From assembly GCA_963707635.1 (NCBI GenBank), contig OY970173.1:1376001-1440000 (forward strand): a DNA stretch of 64,000 nucleotides, written 5' to 3'. This stretch comes from Candidatus Latescibacterota bacterium. GTDB taxonomy: Bacteria; Krumholzibacteriota; Krumholzibacteriia; WVZY01; JAKEHA01. Shown here piece after piece: positions 1-10,118 of the stretch; positions within the stretch are counted from its first letter, which is position 1; every line of letters starts with the position of its first letter. Position numbers and translations under genes: made by a program. A model generated the notes under the pieces. That model saw nothing but the letters and a program-made list of their open reading frames with translations, did not search any database and was not told where the DNA came from.

Positions 1-33
1 GACATCGAGCACAAGCGCGGGGGGCTCGCGTAG
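1..33 (+). CDS. 3' end of an upstream gene, possibly MotA/TolQ/ExbB family (partial)
   Basis: Frame 1 reads DIEHKRGGLA-stop; identity is guessed only from its position ahead of two exbD genes. Confidence 0.3.
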   Translation, partial: DIEHKRGGLA

Positions 34-59
34 CGGGGGCCGCCCGGGGTGACGTCGAT

Positions 60-470
60 ATGAAGCGGTTCCGGAACAAATGGTCGAAGGGGGCGGGGGA
101 GTTCCAGGCCGCGACCATGTCCGACATCGCGTTCCTGCTCCTCATTTTCTTCATCACCACCACCATCTTCTCGGTGGACGAGGGCATCCCGCTCGTCCTC
201 CCCGCCGGCCAGTCGAGCGCAACCACCGTCAAGCAGAAGAACCTCCTCGAGATCAAGGCGTATCCGGACGGGTCGGTCGTGGCGGAGGGAAACCCCATCG
301 GGATCGCGGGCGTGCGCGCCCTCGTGGAGCGACGGCTGGCTTCCAACGACGAACTGGTCGTGGTGGTGGTGACCCACCCCGAAGCCGAATACGGGCTGAT
401 GGTGGACCTGCTCGACGAGATCAAGTTGGCGCGGTGCCGCCGGATTTCGCTGCGGACGATGGAGAAATAA
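60..470 (+). CDS. exbD: ExbD/TolR family biopolymer transport protein
   Basis: MSDIAFLLLIFF transmembrane segment with the conserved Asp; C-terminal A-x-YG-x-x-V-x-x-LD pattern. Confidence 0.85.
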   Translation: MKRFRNKWSKGAGEFQAATMSDIAFLLLIFFITTTIFSVDEGIPLVLPAGQSSATTVKQKNLLEIKAYPDGSVVAEGNPIGIAGVRALVERRLASNDELVVVVVTHPEAEYGLMVDLLDEIKLARCRRISLRTMEK

Positions 471-916
471 TGGCTGCGCGACGAGGCCGCTTCCCCAGGA
501 AACAGCGCGTCAGGAACACCGTTCCGACCGCGTCGATGGCGGACATTGCGTTCCTGCTCCTGATCTTCTTCATGGCGACCACCATCTTCAAGATGGAGGA
601 CGGGCTCGAGGTCACCCTCCCGCGCGCGGAGACCGCGCAGCACCAGCAACGCGAGCGGATCATGCACGTCTGGGTCGACAAGGGCGGGCGCATTTCGATC
701 AACGACCGGCTGGTGCGGGCGGAGCAGGTGGAGGGAATCGTCAAGGGAGAGTTGCGCGGACGCCCGGACCTGGTGGTTGCCTTCAACGCGGATGACCGCG
801 CGCCCTATCAGGCGGTGTCGGACGTGCTGGAGGGTCTCAAGGCCGCGAGCGCGGTTCGGGTGTCGTTCACCAGCGACCGGAAGCCGACCGGGGAGAGGCG
901 GCGCCGGGAGCAATGA
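470..916 (+). CDS. exbD: ExbD/TolR family biopolymer transport protein (second copy)
   Basis: ATG overlaps the upstream TAA (TAATG); TASMADIAFLLLIFF and ADDRAPYQAV motifs; C-terminal part of ORF 80..916. Confidence 0.88.
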   Translation: MAARRGRFPRKQRVRNTVPTASMADIAFLLLIFFMATTIFKMEDGLEVTLPRAETAQHQQRERIMHVWVDKGGRISINDRLVRAEQVEGIVKGELRGRPDLVVAFNADDRAPYQAVSDVLEGLKAASAVRVSFTSDRKPTGERRRREQ

Positions 917-1054
917 TCGCCGCGACGCCCACGGGAGGCTTCCGTTCGCGGGATAGCCGGTGCGCGCCCAGGCCTCGGAGGGCGCAACCGTCGACCCGGC
1001 CCGGGGCGGGGCCGGTGACCGGCGCTTTTTTTCCCCGGGCGGGCGGCCGGTCGG

Positions 1055-1060
1055 TATAAT
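1055..1060 (+). promoter_or_regulatory. sigma70-type -10 box upstream of tolC
   Basis: Perfect TATAAT in GC-rich intergenic DNA, just after a GC hairpin and T7 run (about 990-1032) that probably terminates the exbD transcript. Confidence 0.55.
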
Positions 1061-1166
1061 CCCGTAACATTCGTCCTGCGGCTCCCGTACTAACGTCCAG
1101 CCCGCGCTGGACGGGACCCGCGGGAGTCGTACTACTGAAATTCTTGCCAACGGGAAGGTGTCGTCG

Positions 1167-2495
1167 ATGAAGATCCGCCGGGCGCTCGTCGCCCAACTCG
1201 CCATCGTATGCGTGCTTGCAACCCGGGCGAACGCAGAGCTCTACGACCTCGAGCGCTGTCTCGATCTGGCGCTGGACGCATCCACCCAGGTCGGCATCGC
1301 GCGCGAGCAGCTCAGTACCGCCAGGGGCGATGTCATGCGGAGTTACGGTGCGCTCGTGCCCGACCTGCGCATGAATGCGTGGCTGGGCCACAGCTTCTCG
1401 GGTCCGACGACGGGTGTGTTCGTGGACGCGCAGGGGCGCCCAGTGCAGCCGATCGGCGCCAACTACGAGGCGTATACGTTTTCGCTCAACAGCCAGATGC
1501 CGATCTTCGACTGGGGGGCGAACATCAACGGCATCAAGCGGTCGAAGAGCAGCGCGGAGGCGGCCGCCTACCAGCTCGATTACAACCGCGACCTCATCAA
1601 AGCGGCGGTGATCCGCGAATACTACGACCTGGTGCGCCAGCGCAAGCTGCGCGACGTCCAGATGGCGGACGTCGACGCCAAGAAGCGCAACCTCGAGCAG
1701 GTGGAAGCGTTCTACAAGATCGGCTCGCGCACCAAGGCCGACTTCCTGCAGGCCCGCGTCGACATGTCGAACAGCCAGCTGCAGCTGATGACGCGCCAGA
1801 ACGCGGAAGCAATCGCGGAAGCGCGCCTGAAGTCGCGGCTCAACGTCCCGCAGGACGCGCCGCTGGAAATCGACGAGTCGATCGAATTCTCGCCCGGCCA
1901 GTTCGACCTGGTGAGCGAGATCTCCTACATGTTCGACCACCGCTCCGACCTGCTGGCGACGCGCCAGGACATCGAAGCGGCCAAGGCGGGACTCTCGGTG
2001 ACGGAGAAGGCGCGCTACCCGTCGCTCACGGGCTCGTTCAGCTACTCGTGGAACGACCGTACGTTCCCCGAGGACGGCGCGGTCTTCAAGCGAGACTACG
2101 TGTGGCAGATCGGCGTCTTTCTCGACTGGCCGATTTTCGACCGCTTCCAGACCAAGTCGAATATCCAGGACGCGAAGGCGCAGTACCGGATCGCGGAGTA
2201 CAATCTCCAGCAGGCCAAGATCGACGCGGTGCTGGACCTGAAGCAGATCATGCTCAACATCGACCAGGCGACGCAACGGCTCTCGCTCGCGGAGGAAACG
2301 GTGGCCGCCGCGGAGGAGAATCGTCGTCTGGCGGACGAGCGCTACCGGGTCGGCGCCGGCACCATTCTCGAAACCATCGAAGCGTCCACGTCGCTGCTTT
2401 CCGCGCAGGCGTCGCTGATCGACGCGCGCACCGATTATCTCGTCAGCCGCGCGGACCTGCAGCGCGCGACCGGGCGCAAGGTCACCTCGCGCTAG
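1167..2495 (+). CDS. TolC-family outer membrane efflux protein
   Basis: Signal peptide, two OEP-like repeats, RYRVGAGTILE and DLQRATG C-terminal motifs; alternative GTG start at 1158. Confidence 0.9.
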   Translation: MKIRRALVAQLAIVCVLATRANAELYDLERCLDLALDASTQVGIAREQLSTARGDVMRSYGALVPDLRMNAWLGHSFSGPTTGVFVDAQGRPVQPIGANYEAYTFSLNSQMPIFDWGANINGIKRSKSSAEAAAYQLDYNRDLIKAAVIREYYDLVRQRKLRDVQMADVDAKKRNLEQVEAFYKIGSRTKADFLQARVDMSNSQLQLMTRQNAEAIAEARLKSRLNVPQDAPLEIDESIEFSPGQFDLVSEISYMFDHRSDLLATRQDIEAAKAGLSVTEKARYPSLTGSFSYSWNDRTFPEDGAVFKRDYVWQIGVFLDWPIFDRFQTKSNIQDAKAQYRIAEYNLQQAKIDAVLDLKQIMLNIDQATQRLSLAEETVAAAEENRRLADERYRVGAGTILETIEASTSLLSAQASLIDARTDYLVSRADLQRATGRKVTSR

Positions 2496-2570
2496 TAGTT
2501 GCTCCCACCATTGTCGCGAACCGCGGGCGGCGTGCTTTGCAGCGCGCCGCCCGCGTGCTATCCTGACCGC

Positions 2571-3281
2571 ATGCTGATCCACATGCGCGGCATCACGCGA
2601 CGCTACCAGATGGGCACGCACGTCGTGAACGCGCTGGACGGCGTCGACCTCGACCTCGACCGCAACGAATACGCCGCGCTGATGGGGCCGTCGGGTTCGG
2701 GCAAGACGACGTTCATGAACATCATCGGGTGTCTCGACACGCCCACGTCCGGCACGTACATCCTCAACGGTGAGGACGTCACCCGGCTTGCCGACGACGA
2801 GCTCGCCTACATCCGCAATCGCGAAATCGGGTTCGTGTTCCAGACCTTCAACTTGCTACCGCGCGCCTCGGCGCTCGAGAACGTCGAGCTCCCGCTCATC
2901 TACGCCGGCATGGACGCGAAGTCGCGTCGCGAGCGTGTCTGGGAATCGTTGAAGGCGGTGGCGCTGGACGATCGCGCCCACCACCGGCCCAACGAACTGT
3001 CGGGTGGCCAGCGCCAGCGCGTCGCGATCGCGCGGGCGCTCGTCAACCGGCCGTCGTTGATCCTCGCGGATGAACCCACCGGGAACCTGGACTCGAAATC
3101 CGGAGAGGAAATCATGAGACTTTTCGAGGTGCTGCACAGCCAGGGGCACACGCTGATCGTGGTGACGCACGACGACGCCGTCGCGGCGCACGCGCGGCGC
3201 GAGATCCGGCTTCGCGACGGCCGGGTCGAGTCGGATCGCCGGCGCGACGCGGTCGGTTCCGCGGAAGGAAGGCAGCCTTGA
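2571..3281 (+). CDS. ABC transporter ATP-binding protein (MacB/LolD family)
   Basis: Walker [17 protein letters not shown] signature, [11 protein letters not shown]; start placed at MLIHMRG. Confidence 0.93.
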   Translation: MLIHMRGITRRYQMGTHVVNALDGVDLDLDRNEYAALMGPSGSGKTTFMNIIGCLDTPTSGTYILNGEDVTRLADDELAYIRNREIGFVFQTFNLLPRASALENVELPLIYAGMDAKSRRERVWESLKAVALDDRAHHRPNELSGGQRQRVAIARALVNRPSLILADEPTGNLDSKSGEEIMRLFEVLHSQGHTLIVVTHDDAVAAHARREIRLRDGRVESDRRRDAVGSAEGRQP

Positions 3282-4549
3282 GCAAGAAGCGCAAGATCGT
3301 CCTGGCCGCGGGCGGGGCGCTCGTGCTCGCGGTGCTGGCGCTGATCAACCTCCGGTCGAACCAGGGAAGCCGCACGGAGGTGCAGGTGGCCACGGTGGAG
3401 CGCCGGGACATCTCCAAGGTGATCACCGCGTCGGGGGAGATTCAGCCGAAGCGGCGCGTGAACGTGAGCGCCCGTACCATCGGAAAGGTCACGAGGCTCG
3501 CCGTGCGCGAGGGCGACCGCGTGAAGAAGGGGGACTTTCTCCTCGAGATCGACGCCGAGCCGTACGAGTCCGTCGTCGACCAGCTCACCGCGGCGGTGCG
3601 CGGGGCGGAGGCGTCGGTGGAGCTGGAGAGCGCGTCGCTCCAGAAGGCCGAGTACGACTTCGAGCACGCCCGGCAGCTCAGCGAGGGCGGCTTCATGTCG
3701 GAGAACGACCTCAAGTCCGCTAGCTCCGCGCTGGCCATCGCGCAGGCGCGCTTCAAGTCGGCGCAGGAGGCGTTGATCCAGGCGCGCGCCAACCTGCGCA
3801 AGGCGGACCACGACCTCAGGGAAGTTCGCATCACCGCCGAGATGTCGGGTGTGATCACCGGGCTCAACGTGGAAGAGGGCGAGAGCGCCATCATGGGCAC
3901 GATCAACAGCGCCGGCACCGCGCTCCTGACCATCTCGGATCTGTCTGAGATCGAAGCGGAGGTGCGGGTGGACGAGACCGAGGTCGTGATGATCAAGACC
4001 GGTCAGGCGGCGCTGGTGCGGCTCGACGCCCGACCCGACACCACCTTCCGCGGGGTGGTGACGGAAGTCGGCAACAGCGCGATCCGGTCGCAGGCGGGGC
4101 TCGGGCAGGAGTCGGTCGACTTCAAGGTGGTGGTGGCCATCACCGACTCGATCCCGAGCGTCCGCCCCGGACTCTCCGCGTCGGTCGACATCACCGTCGC
4201 CGAGGAGAAGCACGTGCTGGGAGTTCCCATCCAGTGCCTCACCGTGCGCGACGAAGCCAGGCTGCGGCGCGAACGCGCGCGCGGGAAGCAGAAGGGCGCG
4301 CCGGCCGACACGACGCCCGCCCCGGGCGAGGACGAAAAGCCGCGCGAGATCGAGGGCGTGTTCGTCGTGGACCAGGACGTCGCCCGGTTTCGCGAGGTGC
4401 GCGTCGGCATCGCAGGGCAGAGCCACTTCCTCGTGCAATCGGGGCTGCGCGAGGGCCAGAAGGTGGTGTCGGGCCCGTTCAAGGTGATCGGAGAGATCAA
4501 GGACGGCGACCGGGTGAAGATCAAGCCCGAACGGAAACCGGGGTCGTAG
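3278..4549 (+). CDS. Periplasmic adaptor / membrane fusion protein (MacA/HlyD family)
   Basis: N-terminal TM anchor, lipoyl half-motif [11 protein letters not shown], helical hairpin, [13 protein letters not shown]. Confidence 0.9.
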   Translation: MSKKRKIVLAAGGALVLAVLALINLRSNQGSRTEVQVATVERRDISKVITASGEIQPKRRVNVSARTIGKVTRLAVREGDRVKKGDFLLEIDAEPYESVVDQLTAAVRGAEASVELESASLQKAEYDFEHARQLSEGGFMSENDLKSASSALAIAQARFKSAQEALIQARANLRKADHDLREVRITAEMSGVITGLNVEEGESAIMGTINSAGTALLTISDLSEIEAEVRVDETEVVMIKTGQAALVRLDARPDTTFRGVVTEVGNSAIRSQAGLGQESVDFKVVVAITDSIPSVRPGLSASVDITVAEEKHVLGVPIQCLTVRDEARLRRERARGKQKGAPADTTPAPGEDEKPREIEGVFVVDQDVARFREVRVGIAGQSHFLVQSGLREGQKVVSGPFKVIGEIKDGDRVKIKPERKPGS

Positions 4550-4556
4550 CCGGTCC

Positions 4557-5801
4557 ATGCGTCCCTCGCTGCGCATCGTCTTCGAGGGGATTCGGATCGC
4601 CGGCCGCGCGCTCTTGACCAACAAGCTGCGCACGGTGCTGACGCTGCTCGGCAACATCGTGGGCATCATGTCGGTGATCGCGGTAGTGTCTCTGCTCGGC
4701 GGCATCGACCTCTACATGCGCCAGGAAGTGGCGTCCGAAGGCAGCAATCTCTTTACGATCACGCGCGTCAACTTTCTCGAAGACATCACAGACTTCGAGA
4801 AACTCGTCGAGAAACTTCAGCACAACCCGAATATCACCCGCGCGGATGCCGACGCGCTGCGCTCGAGCCTGACACTGTCGGAGTACGTGAGCGCGGAGGC
4901 GTCGACCCCGCAGACGCACGTGGCCGCCTACGGGAAGGACGTCCAGGCCGACGTGGAGGGGCGCGACGGGTACTACCCCTACATCGAGAGCATTCCCATC
5001 GACGCGGGCCGGCACCTCACGCCGCTCGAGGACCTCGAAAACGCGCAATCGGCCGTAATCGGATGGGAGGTGTACGAGGCCCTGATCGCGCCCCGCGATG
5101 CGATCGGCCGTACGATCCGCATCGGCGACCGTCATTTCAAGGTGGTCGGCGTGGCCGCCAGGCGCGGCAAGGTCCTCGGGCAGAGCCGGGATCGATTCGC
5201 GATCGTCCCGCTGGGCGCCTACCGCAAGCTGTTCGGCCCCGGCCAGTCGATCGACATCAAGATCGCCGCCGCCGACATCCGCATGCTCGCCGACGCCATC
5301 GACGAAGCGTCGGTGGCGATGCGCATTCGCCACGGGCTCGGGCCGCGCGAGGAGAGCGATTTCGGGATTTCCACGAGCGAGCAGCTCATCGACCTGTGGA
5401 AGTCGATCAGCCGGGGCGTGATGGTGGCGCTGGTGGCGCTGGTCGGCATCTCGATGGTGGTCGGCGGAATCGTGCTCATGAACACGATGCTGGTGTCGGT
5501 GACGGAGCGCACGCGCGAGATCGGGGTGCGCAAGGCGGTGGGCGCCCCCCGGGGCGCCATCGTGTGGCAGTTCCTGGTGGAGTCGGCGACGATGTCGGTG
5601 TTCGGCGGCGCGCTGGGGATGGCGCTCGGCTTCGCGATTGCGGCCACGGTGTCGGCGCTCTCGGTGCTGCCGTACGTGGTGAATGCGGCAATCGTCGTGC
5701 TGGCATTGGTGGTGACCATCGTGCTCGGTCTGGTGTTTGGAACCTACCCGGCGGTGAAGGCCGCGCGCCTGGACCCGGTGGAGGCGCTGCGCTCGGAGTA
5801 G
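4557..5801 (+). CDS. MacB/FtsX-family ABC permease
   Basis: NKLRTVLTLLG, VSVTERTREIGVRKAVGA, YPAVKAARLDPVEALRSE. Confidence 0.92.
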   Translation: MRPSLRIVFEGIRIAGRALLTNKLRTVLTLLGNIVGIMSVIAVVSLLGGIDLYMRQEVASEGSNLFTITRVNFLEDITDFEKLVEKLQHNPNITRADADALRSSLTLSEYVSAEASTPQTHVAAYGKDVQADVEGRDGYYPYIESIPIDAGRHLTPLEDLENAQSAVIGWEVYEALIAPRDAIGRTIRIGDRHFKVVGVAARRGKVLGQSRDRFAIVPLGAYRKLFGPGQSIDIKIAAADIRMLADAIDEASVAMRIRHGLGPREESDFGISTSEQLIDLWKSISRGVMVALVALVGISMVVGGIVLMNTMLVSVTERTREIGVRKAVGAPRGAIVWQFLVESATMSVFGGALGMALGFAIAATVSALSVLPYVVNAAIVVLALVVTIVLGLVFGTYPAVKAARLDPVEALRSE

Positions 5802-5887
5802 GAGTGCTGTGGAGCGAGCACAGGCGGGTGGCGCCGACGGGCTGTCGGCGACAGGACCCGCGGCGCCGATTTCCGAGAGATGACGAA

Positions 5888-7138
5888 ATGATCACACGTC
5901 CCACCAAACATGTGTTGTGGCGCGCGAACCTCGGCCAGGCCCTTGGCGTGATTCGCACCCATCGCATGCGCTCCGGGTTGCTGATCCTCGGCGTCGCGAT
6001 CGGGATTTCCACCATCCTGATGATCGTCACCGTGCTCTCGGGGTTGAGCCGGAAGATCTATCGCGACATGGCCTCCGCGAACCGGCCCTACATCTACATC
6101 CAGAAGTTCGACATGTTCGTCTCGGGCGAGGAAGCGGAGGAGGCGATGCGGCGGCGGACATTCACGCGCGAAGATGTGGTGAAGCTGGTGGAGTTGTGCC
6201 CGAGCCTCGACGTCGTCGAGTACTTCGTGGAATCGCAGGGCGAGCTCGTGATTCGCTACGGCGCCGAGAAGACTCCGCCCACGTCGCTCTTCGGGTGCGG
6301 CACGGGCATGCTGGATATTTTTTCGCTCCACATCGACCGGGGCCGCTTCTTCACCGAGGCCGAGGTGCGCTATCGCGAGCGCGTGGCGGTGCTCGCGTCC
6401 GGGCCCGCCGAGGACCTGTTCAAGGGGCGGGATCCGATCGGCCGCATGGTGATCATCAAGGGCCAGAAGTACCGGGTAGTCGGCACGCTGGCGTCGCGCA
6501 AGCACGTGTTCGGCGCCATGACGGACAACTTCGTGTCGATACCGCACACGACCTTCGGCAAGGATATTCAGTACGAAGGCAGCTGGGTGACCATCGGGGC
6601 GACTGTGCGCGAAGGCGTCCCGCTCGAGCAGGGGGTCGAGGACGCCACGCGCGCCATGCGCGTCATCCGCGGATTGCGCCCGGGCGAGAAGAACGACTTC
6701 GACGTGACCACGAGCGAGGCGTTCATCGACCTGGTGAAGCGGGTGACCGTGCCCATCGGCATCGTGCTCACCATCATCGCCTCGATCGGACTGGTCGTCG
6801 GCGGCATCGGCGTCATGAACGTCATGCTGATATCCGTGACCGAGCGCACGCGCGAGATCGGCGTACGCCGCGCGATCGGCGCGGGCCGCGGCGACATCAT
6901 GCTGCAGTTTCTGGTCGAAGCGGGGACCCTGACCGGAATCGGCGGGGTGATCGGGGTCGCGTTCGGCACGGCGCTGGCGTACCTGGTCTCCAGCCTGATC
7001 CACTTCCCCTTCTCCTTTTCGGTGGGCTGGACGGTGCTGTCGCTGGTGTTCTCGATTCTCGTCGGCGTCGGGTTCGGCCTGTATCCCGCGCGCCGCGCCG
7101 GCGACATGGACCCGGTCACCGCGCTGCGCTACGAGTAG
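5888..7138 (+). CDS. MacB/FtsX-family ABC permease (second)
   Basis: HRMRSGLLILGVAIG, ISVTERTREIGVRRAIGA, YPARRAGDMDPVTALRYE; C-terminal part of ORF 5063..7138. Confidence 0.92.
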   Translation: MITRPTKHVLWRANLGQALGVIRTHRMRSGLLILGVAIGISTILMIVTVLSGLSRKIYRDMASANRPYIYIQKFDMFVSGEEAEEAMRRRTFTREDVVKLVELCPSLDVVEYFVESQGELVIRYGAEKTPPTSLFGCGTGMLDIFSLHIDRGRFFTEAEVRYRERVAVLASGPAEDLFKGRDPIGRMVIIKGQKYRVVGTLASRKHVFGAMTDNFVSIPHTTFGKDIQYEGSWVTIGATVREGVPLEQGVEDATRAMRVIRGLRPGEKNDFDVTTSEAFIDLVKRVTVPIGIVLTIIASIGLVVGGIGVMNVMLISVTERTREIGVRRAIGAGRGDIMLQFLVEAGTLTGIGGVIGVAFGTALAYLVSSLIHFPFSFSVGWTVLSLVFSILVGVGFGLYPARRAGDMDPVTALRYE

Positions 7139-7202
7139 CATTCGCGCTTGCCGCCCGCCCGCGGCTGGCCTACCTTGAGGGCGACGCCCCTTCCAGCACA
7201 CG

Positions 7203-8489
7203 ATGACTCGCCACCTGCCGAAGTTCCGCCTGCTCGCGACCGCGCTGACGCTCGCGTCGCTCGCGCTGGTCGCGCCGAGCGCGCGCGCCCAGAACTTCGG
7301 GCTGTTCGCGAGCGCCTTCCTGGATTCCACGCGGGCGCCTTCCGCGCGCATCACGGTGGAAGTCCCGTTCCGTACGCTCGTGTTCCTGAAGAAGGAAGGG
7401 TATTACGACGCGCGCTTCGAGTCGTACCTGTCGATCCGCCGCACCGACATCCAGAAAACGCGTCCGACGACGTACGTGCTCAACGGCTTCGCCACCGTGA
7501 AGACCTACGAGGAGACGAAGCAACGCGACCAGAAGGCCCGGGTGGGGCGGGAAATCAGGCTGGCGCCCGGCGACTACGAGATCGAGGCCATCCTGCGCAT
7601 CCGGGAAACCATCATCGCGGTGACCCGTTCGGTGACGCTGCGCGTACCCGACTTCCTCGCGTCCGGCATGGGGTTCGGCACACCGCTGGTGCTGTCGATC
7701 CCGCCGACCTACACCACCAACTTCGCCCGCTGGTCGGAAGTAAAGGATCAGCTGGCCGGGGCGGATGCGCCGGCGAACGCCGCCATCGTCGGGCTCGAAC
7801 GGCAGCCCGGGGTCCGCTTCGCGATCTATTTCGACAGCGAAGTCCGGGTGCCGTCGCCGTGCGACATCTACTACGAAGTCGCCGACGGCAGCAATCGTCA
7901 GGTCCTCTACGGCAAGCGCCGCATCGACCTCCGCGGCAAAGACGACGAGTTCGTGATCGCCTTCAACGTGGACGATTGGACGCCCGGCGCGTACCGGGTG
8001 AATCTGCGCGCGCAAACCCAGTCGCCCGCGCGCGACGCCACCGCGTCGGTGGATGTCCACGTCGACGTCACGCGCGCGATGCTGGGCGCCAACTTCGACG
8101 ATACCCTCGAGATCCTCGGGCTGATCGCGAGCAGCGAGGAACTCAAGGAGCTGCGCGCGGCGCCCGAGGCCGGACGGGCCGCGGCGTGGGCGAAGTTCTG
8201 GAGCGCGCGCGACCCGGATCCGTCGACGCCGGAGAACGAGGCGCTCGCGCAGTATCTCGAGCGTGTCCAGTACGTGGTGAAGGAGTTCTCGCAGTTCGGC
8301 ACGGGGTGGAGGTCGGATCGCGGACGCGTCTACATCCGCTACGGGCCGCCCGAGCAGATCGACACCGCCATGGACCAGCGCGCGCAGGGAGAGTACGAGA
8401 TCTGGCGTTACTACACCCTGAACCGAAACTTCGTCTTTTACGACATGTTCGGGGTCGGCGACTTCAAACTGGTCGAGGGAGAATTGTGA
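7203..8489 (+). CDS. GWxTD domain-containing secreted protein
   Basis: Signal peptide (ARA-Q); FWSARDPDPSTPENE and GWRSDRGRVYIRYGPP...EIWRY motifs typical of the GWxTD family. Confidence 0.85.
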   Translation: MTRHLPKFRLLATALTLASLALVAPSARAQNFGLFASAFLDSTRAPSARITVEVPFRTLVFLKKEGYYDARFESYLSIRRTDIQKTRPTTYVLNGFATVKTYEETKQRDQKARVGREIRLAPGDYEIEAILRIRETIIAVTRSVTLRVPDFLASGMGFGTPLVLSIPPTYTTNFARWSEVKDQLAGADAPANAAIVGLERQPGVRFAIYFDSEVRVPSPCDIYYEVADGSNRQVLYGKRRIDLRGKDDEFVIAFNVDDWTPGAYRVNLRAQTQSPARDATASVDVHVDVTRAMLGANFDDTLEILGLIASSEELKELRAAPEAGRAAAWAKFWSARDPDPSTPENEALAQYLERVQYVVKEFSQFGTGWRSDRGRVYIRYGPPEQIDTAMDQRAQGEYEIWRYYTLNRNFVFYDMFGVGDFKLVEGEL

Positions 8490-10051
8490 TGCGCCGGTTC
8501 CGGCACGCCACGCGCGCGTGTGCCCTGGCCACCGCGCTGACCGCGGCCGTCGCGATCGCGTGCGGGAACGACGCCGGGCGCGAGCGGGTGCTCGAGCTTG
8601 CGCTCGAGACCTCGCCCAACCGTCTCGACCCGGCGCTGGTGGTCGACGTCGCCGAGGGCGAGATCTGCACCCTCGTCTTCGACGGGCTGGTCGGCATTGC
8701 GCCGGACGGGAAACTGGTGCCCGCGCTCGCTCGATCCTGGGAGCTCGAGGACGGCGGGCGCCGCTACCTATTCCACCTGGATTCCCGGGCGATGTTTTCG
8801 AACGGGAAACCCGTGCGCGCGAACGACGTGGCGGCCAGTTTCACCCGCGTGCTCGCCCCCGCAACCGCGTCTCCGCGCGCGTGGGTGCTCGAGCGCATTC
8901 GCGGCGCCGTCGAGTTTCGCGCCGGCCAGGCGGCGTCGGTGGCCGGGCTGGTCGCGCGCGACGACTCGACGCTCGCCGTCGAGCTGGAGGAGCCGTTCGC
9001 GCCGTTTCTCTCCATGCTGGCGCTGCCCGCGGCGCGGGTGGTCGATGTCGCCGCCGGCGTGCCGTCCGACGGCGCGTTGCCGGTCGGATCGGGGCCGTGG
9101 ACGGTGCGCGAGTGGGTGCGCGGCGACCGCATCACCCTGGAGCCCAACCCCCACCACGCGCACGCCGCGCGCGGGCTCGACGCGCTGCAGTACCGCGTGA
9201 TCCCGGAGCCGTTCACCCGCATCGCGGAATTCGAATCGGGAACGATCGACGTGCTCGAAATCCCGGACGCGGAAGTGACGCGTTTCCTCTCCGGCCCGGA
9301 CGCCGCGCGCGTGCAGCGGCGGGCCGAGCTGCGCGTCTTCTACATCGGGCTCAACAATCGCCGCCTGGCCGACGCGCGGGTGCGCCGTGCGCTCAACCAC
9401 GCCGTCAACGTCGACGAGCTCGTCCGCGTCCTCGCCTCCGGGGCGGCGATCCCGGCGCACGGGGCCATTCCGCCGGCGCTCGCGGGCTATCGCGAGCGCG
9501 CGGGCTACGGCTACGACCCGGTGCTCGCGAAACGACTCCTGGCCGAGGCCGGCTTTTCCGACGGGTTGTCGCTGGAGATCTGGCACCGGGAGAGCGCGGA
9601 AGGGAATCGCGTGGTCGAGGCGGTGCAGGGGTACCTGCAGGCCGTGGGCGTCCACGCCACCCTGGTGCGGCGCGAGTGGACGGCGTTCAAGGAGGCGGTG
9701 AGCGCGGGCAAGGTCGACGCGTTCCTGCTCGATTGGTTCGCGGACTATCCCGACGCGGAGAACTTTCTCTTCCCGTTGTTCGATTCCAGCAACCAGGGCG
9801 GAGGCGGCAACCGCTCGTTCTTCTCCGATCCGGAGGTGGACCGCGTGCTGGCCGAAGCCAGCCGGATGCAGGATCCCGCGCGACGCAGCGACGCCTACGC
9901 CCGTGTCGACAGCCTGGTCTACGCGCAGGCGCCCTGGATCTACCTCTACTTTCCCACCACGTTTCACATCGTCTCCGACCGCGTGTCGGGCTACCGGCTC
10001 CCGGCGCTGTACCTGGGAAACGACTTCAGCGGCGTGACCAAGTCTCGCTAA
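8489..10051 (+). CDS. Peptide ABC transporter substrate-binding lipoprotein (SBP family 5)
   Basis: Lipobox AIAC; LDPA, GSGPW, DARVRRALNHAVN, WFADYPDAENFL; ATG overlaps the GWxTD stop (TGATG). Confidence 0.9.
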   Translation: MRRFRHATRACALATALTAAVAIACGNDAGRERVLELALETSPNRLDPALVVDVAEGEICTLVFDGLVGIAPDGKLVPALARSWELEDGGRRYLFHLDSRAMFSNGKPVRANDVAASFTRVLAPATASPRAWVLERIRGAVEFRAGQAASVAGLVARDDSTLAVELEEPFAPFLSMLALPAARVVDVAAGVPSDGALPVGSGPWTVREWVRGDRITLEPNPHHAHAARGLDALQYRVIPEPFTRIAEFESGTIDVLEIPDAEVTRFLSGPDAARVQRRAELRVFYIGLNNRRLADARVRRALNHAVNVDELVRVLASGAAIPAHGAIPPALAGYRERAGYGYDPVLAKRLLAEAGFSDGLSLEIWHRESAEGNRVVEAVQGYLQAVGVHATLVRREWTAFKEAVSAGKVDAFLLDWFADYPDAENFLFPLFDSSNQGGGGNRSFFSDPEVDRVLAEASRMQDPARRSDAYARVDSLVYAQAPWIYLYFPTTFHIVSDRVSGYRLPALYLGNDFSGVTKSR

Positions 10052-10118
10052 CGCCCATCGCAGCGGGGCGAATGTGCGTCGTTGATGCGCGCGCGCGCCT
10101 GACATATGCTCGGCCCGC

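Noticed and set aside
116..7138. DNA repeats between the two exbD genes and between the two ABC permeases
   Set aside because: Explained by conserved protein motifs in paralogues, not repeat elements
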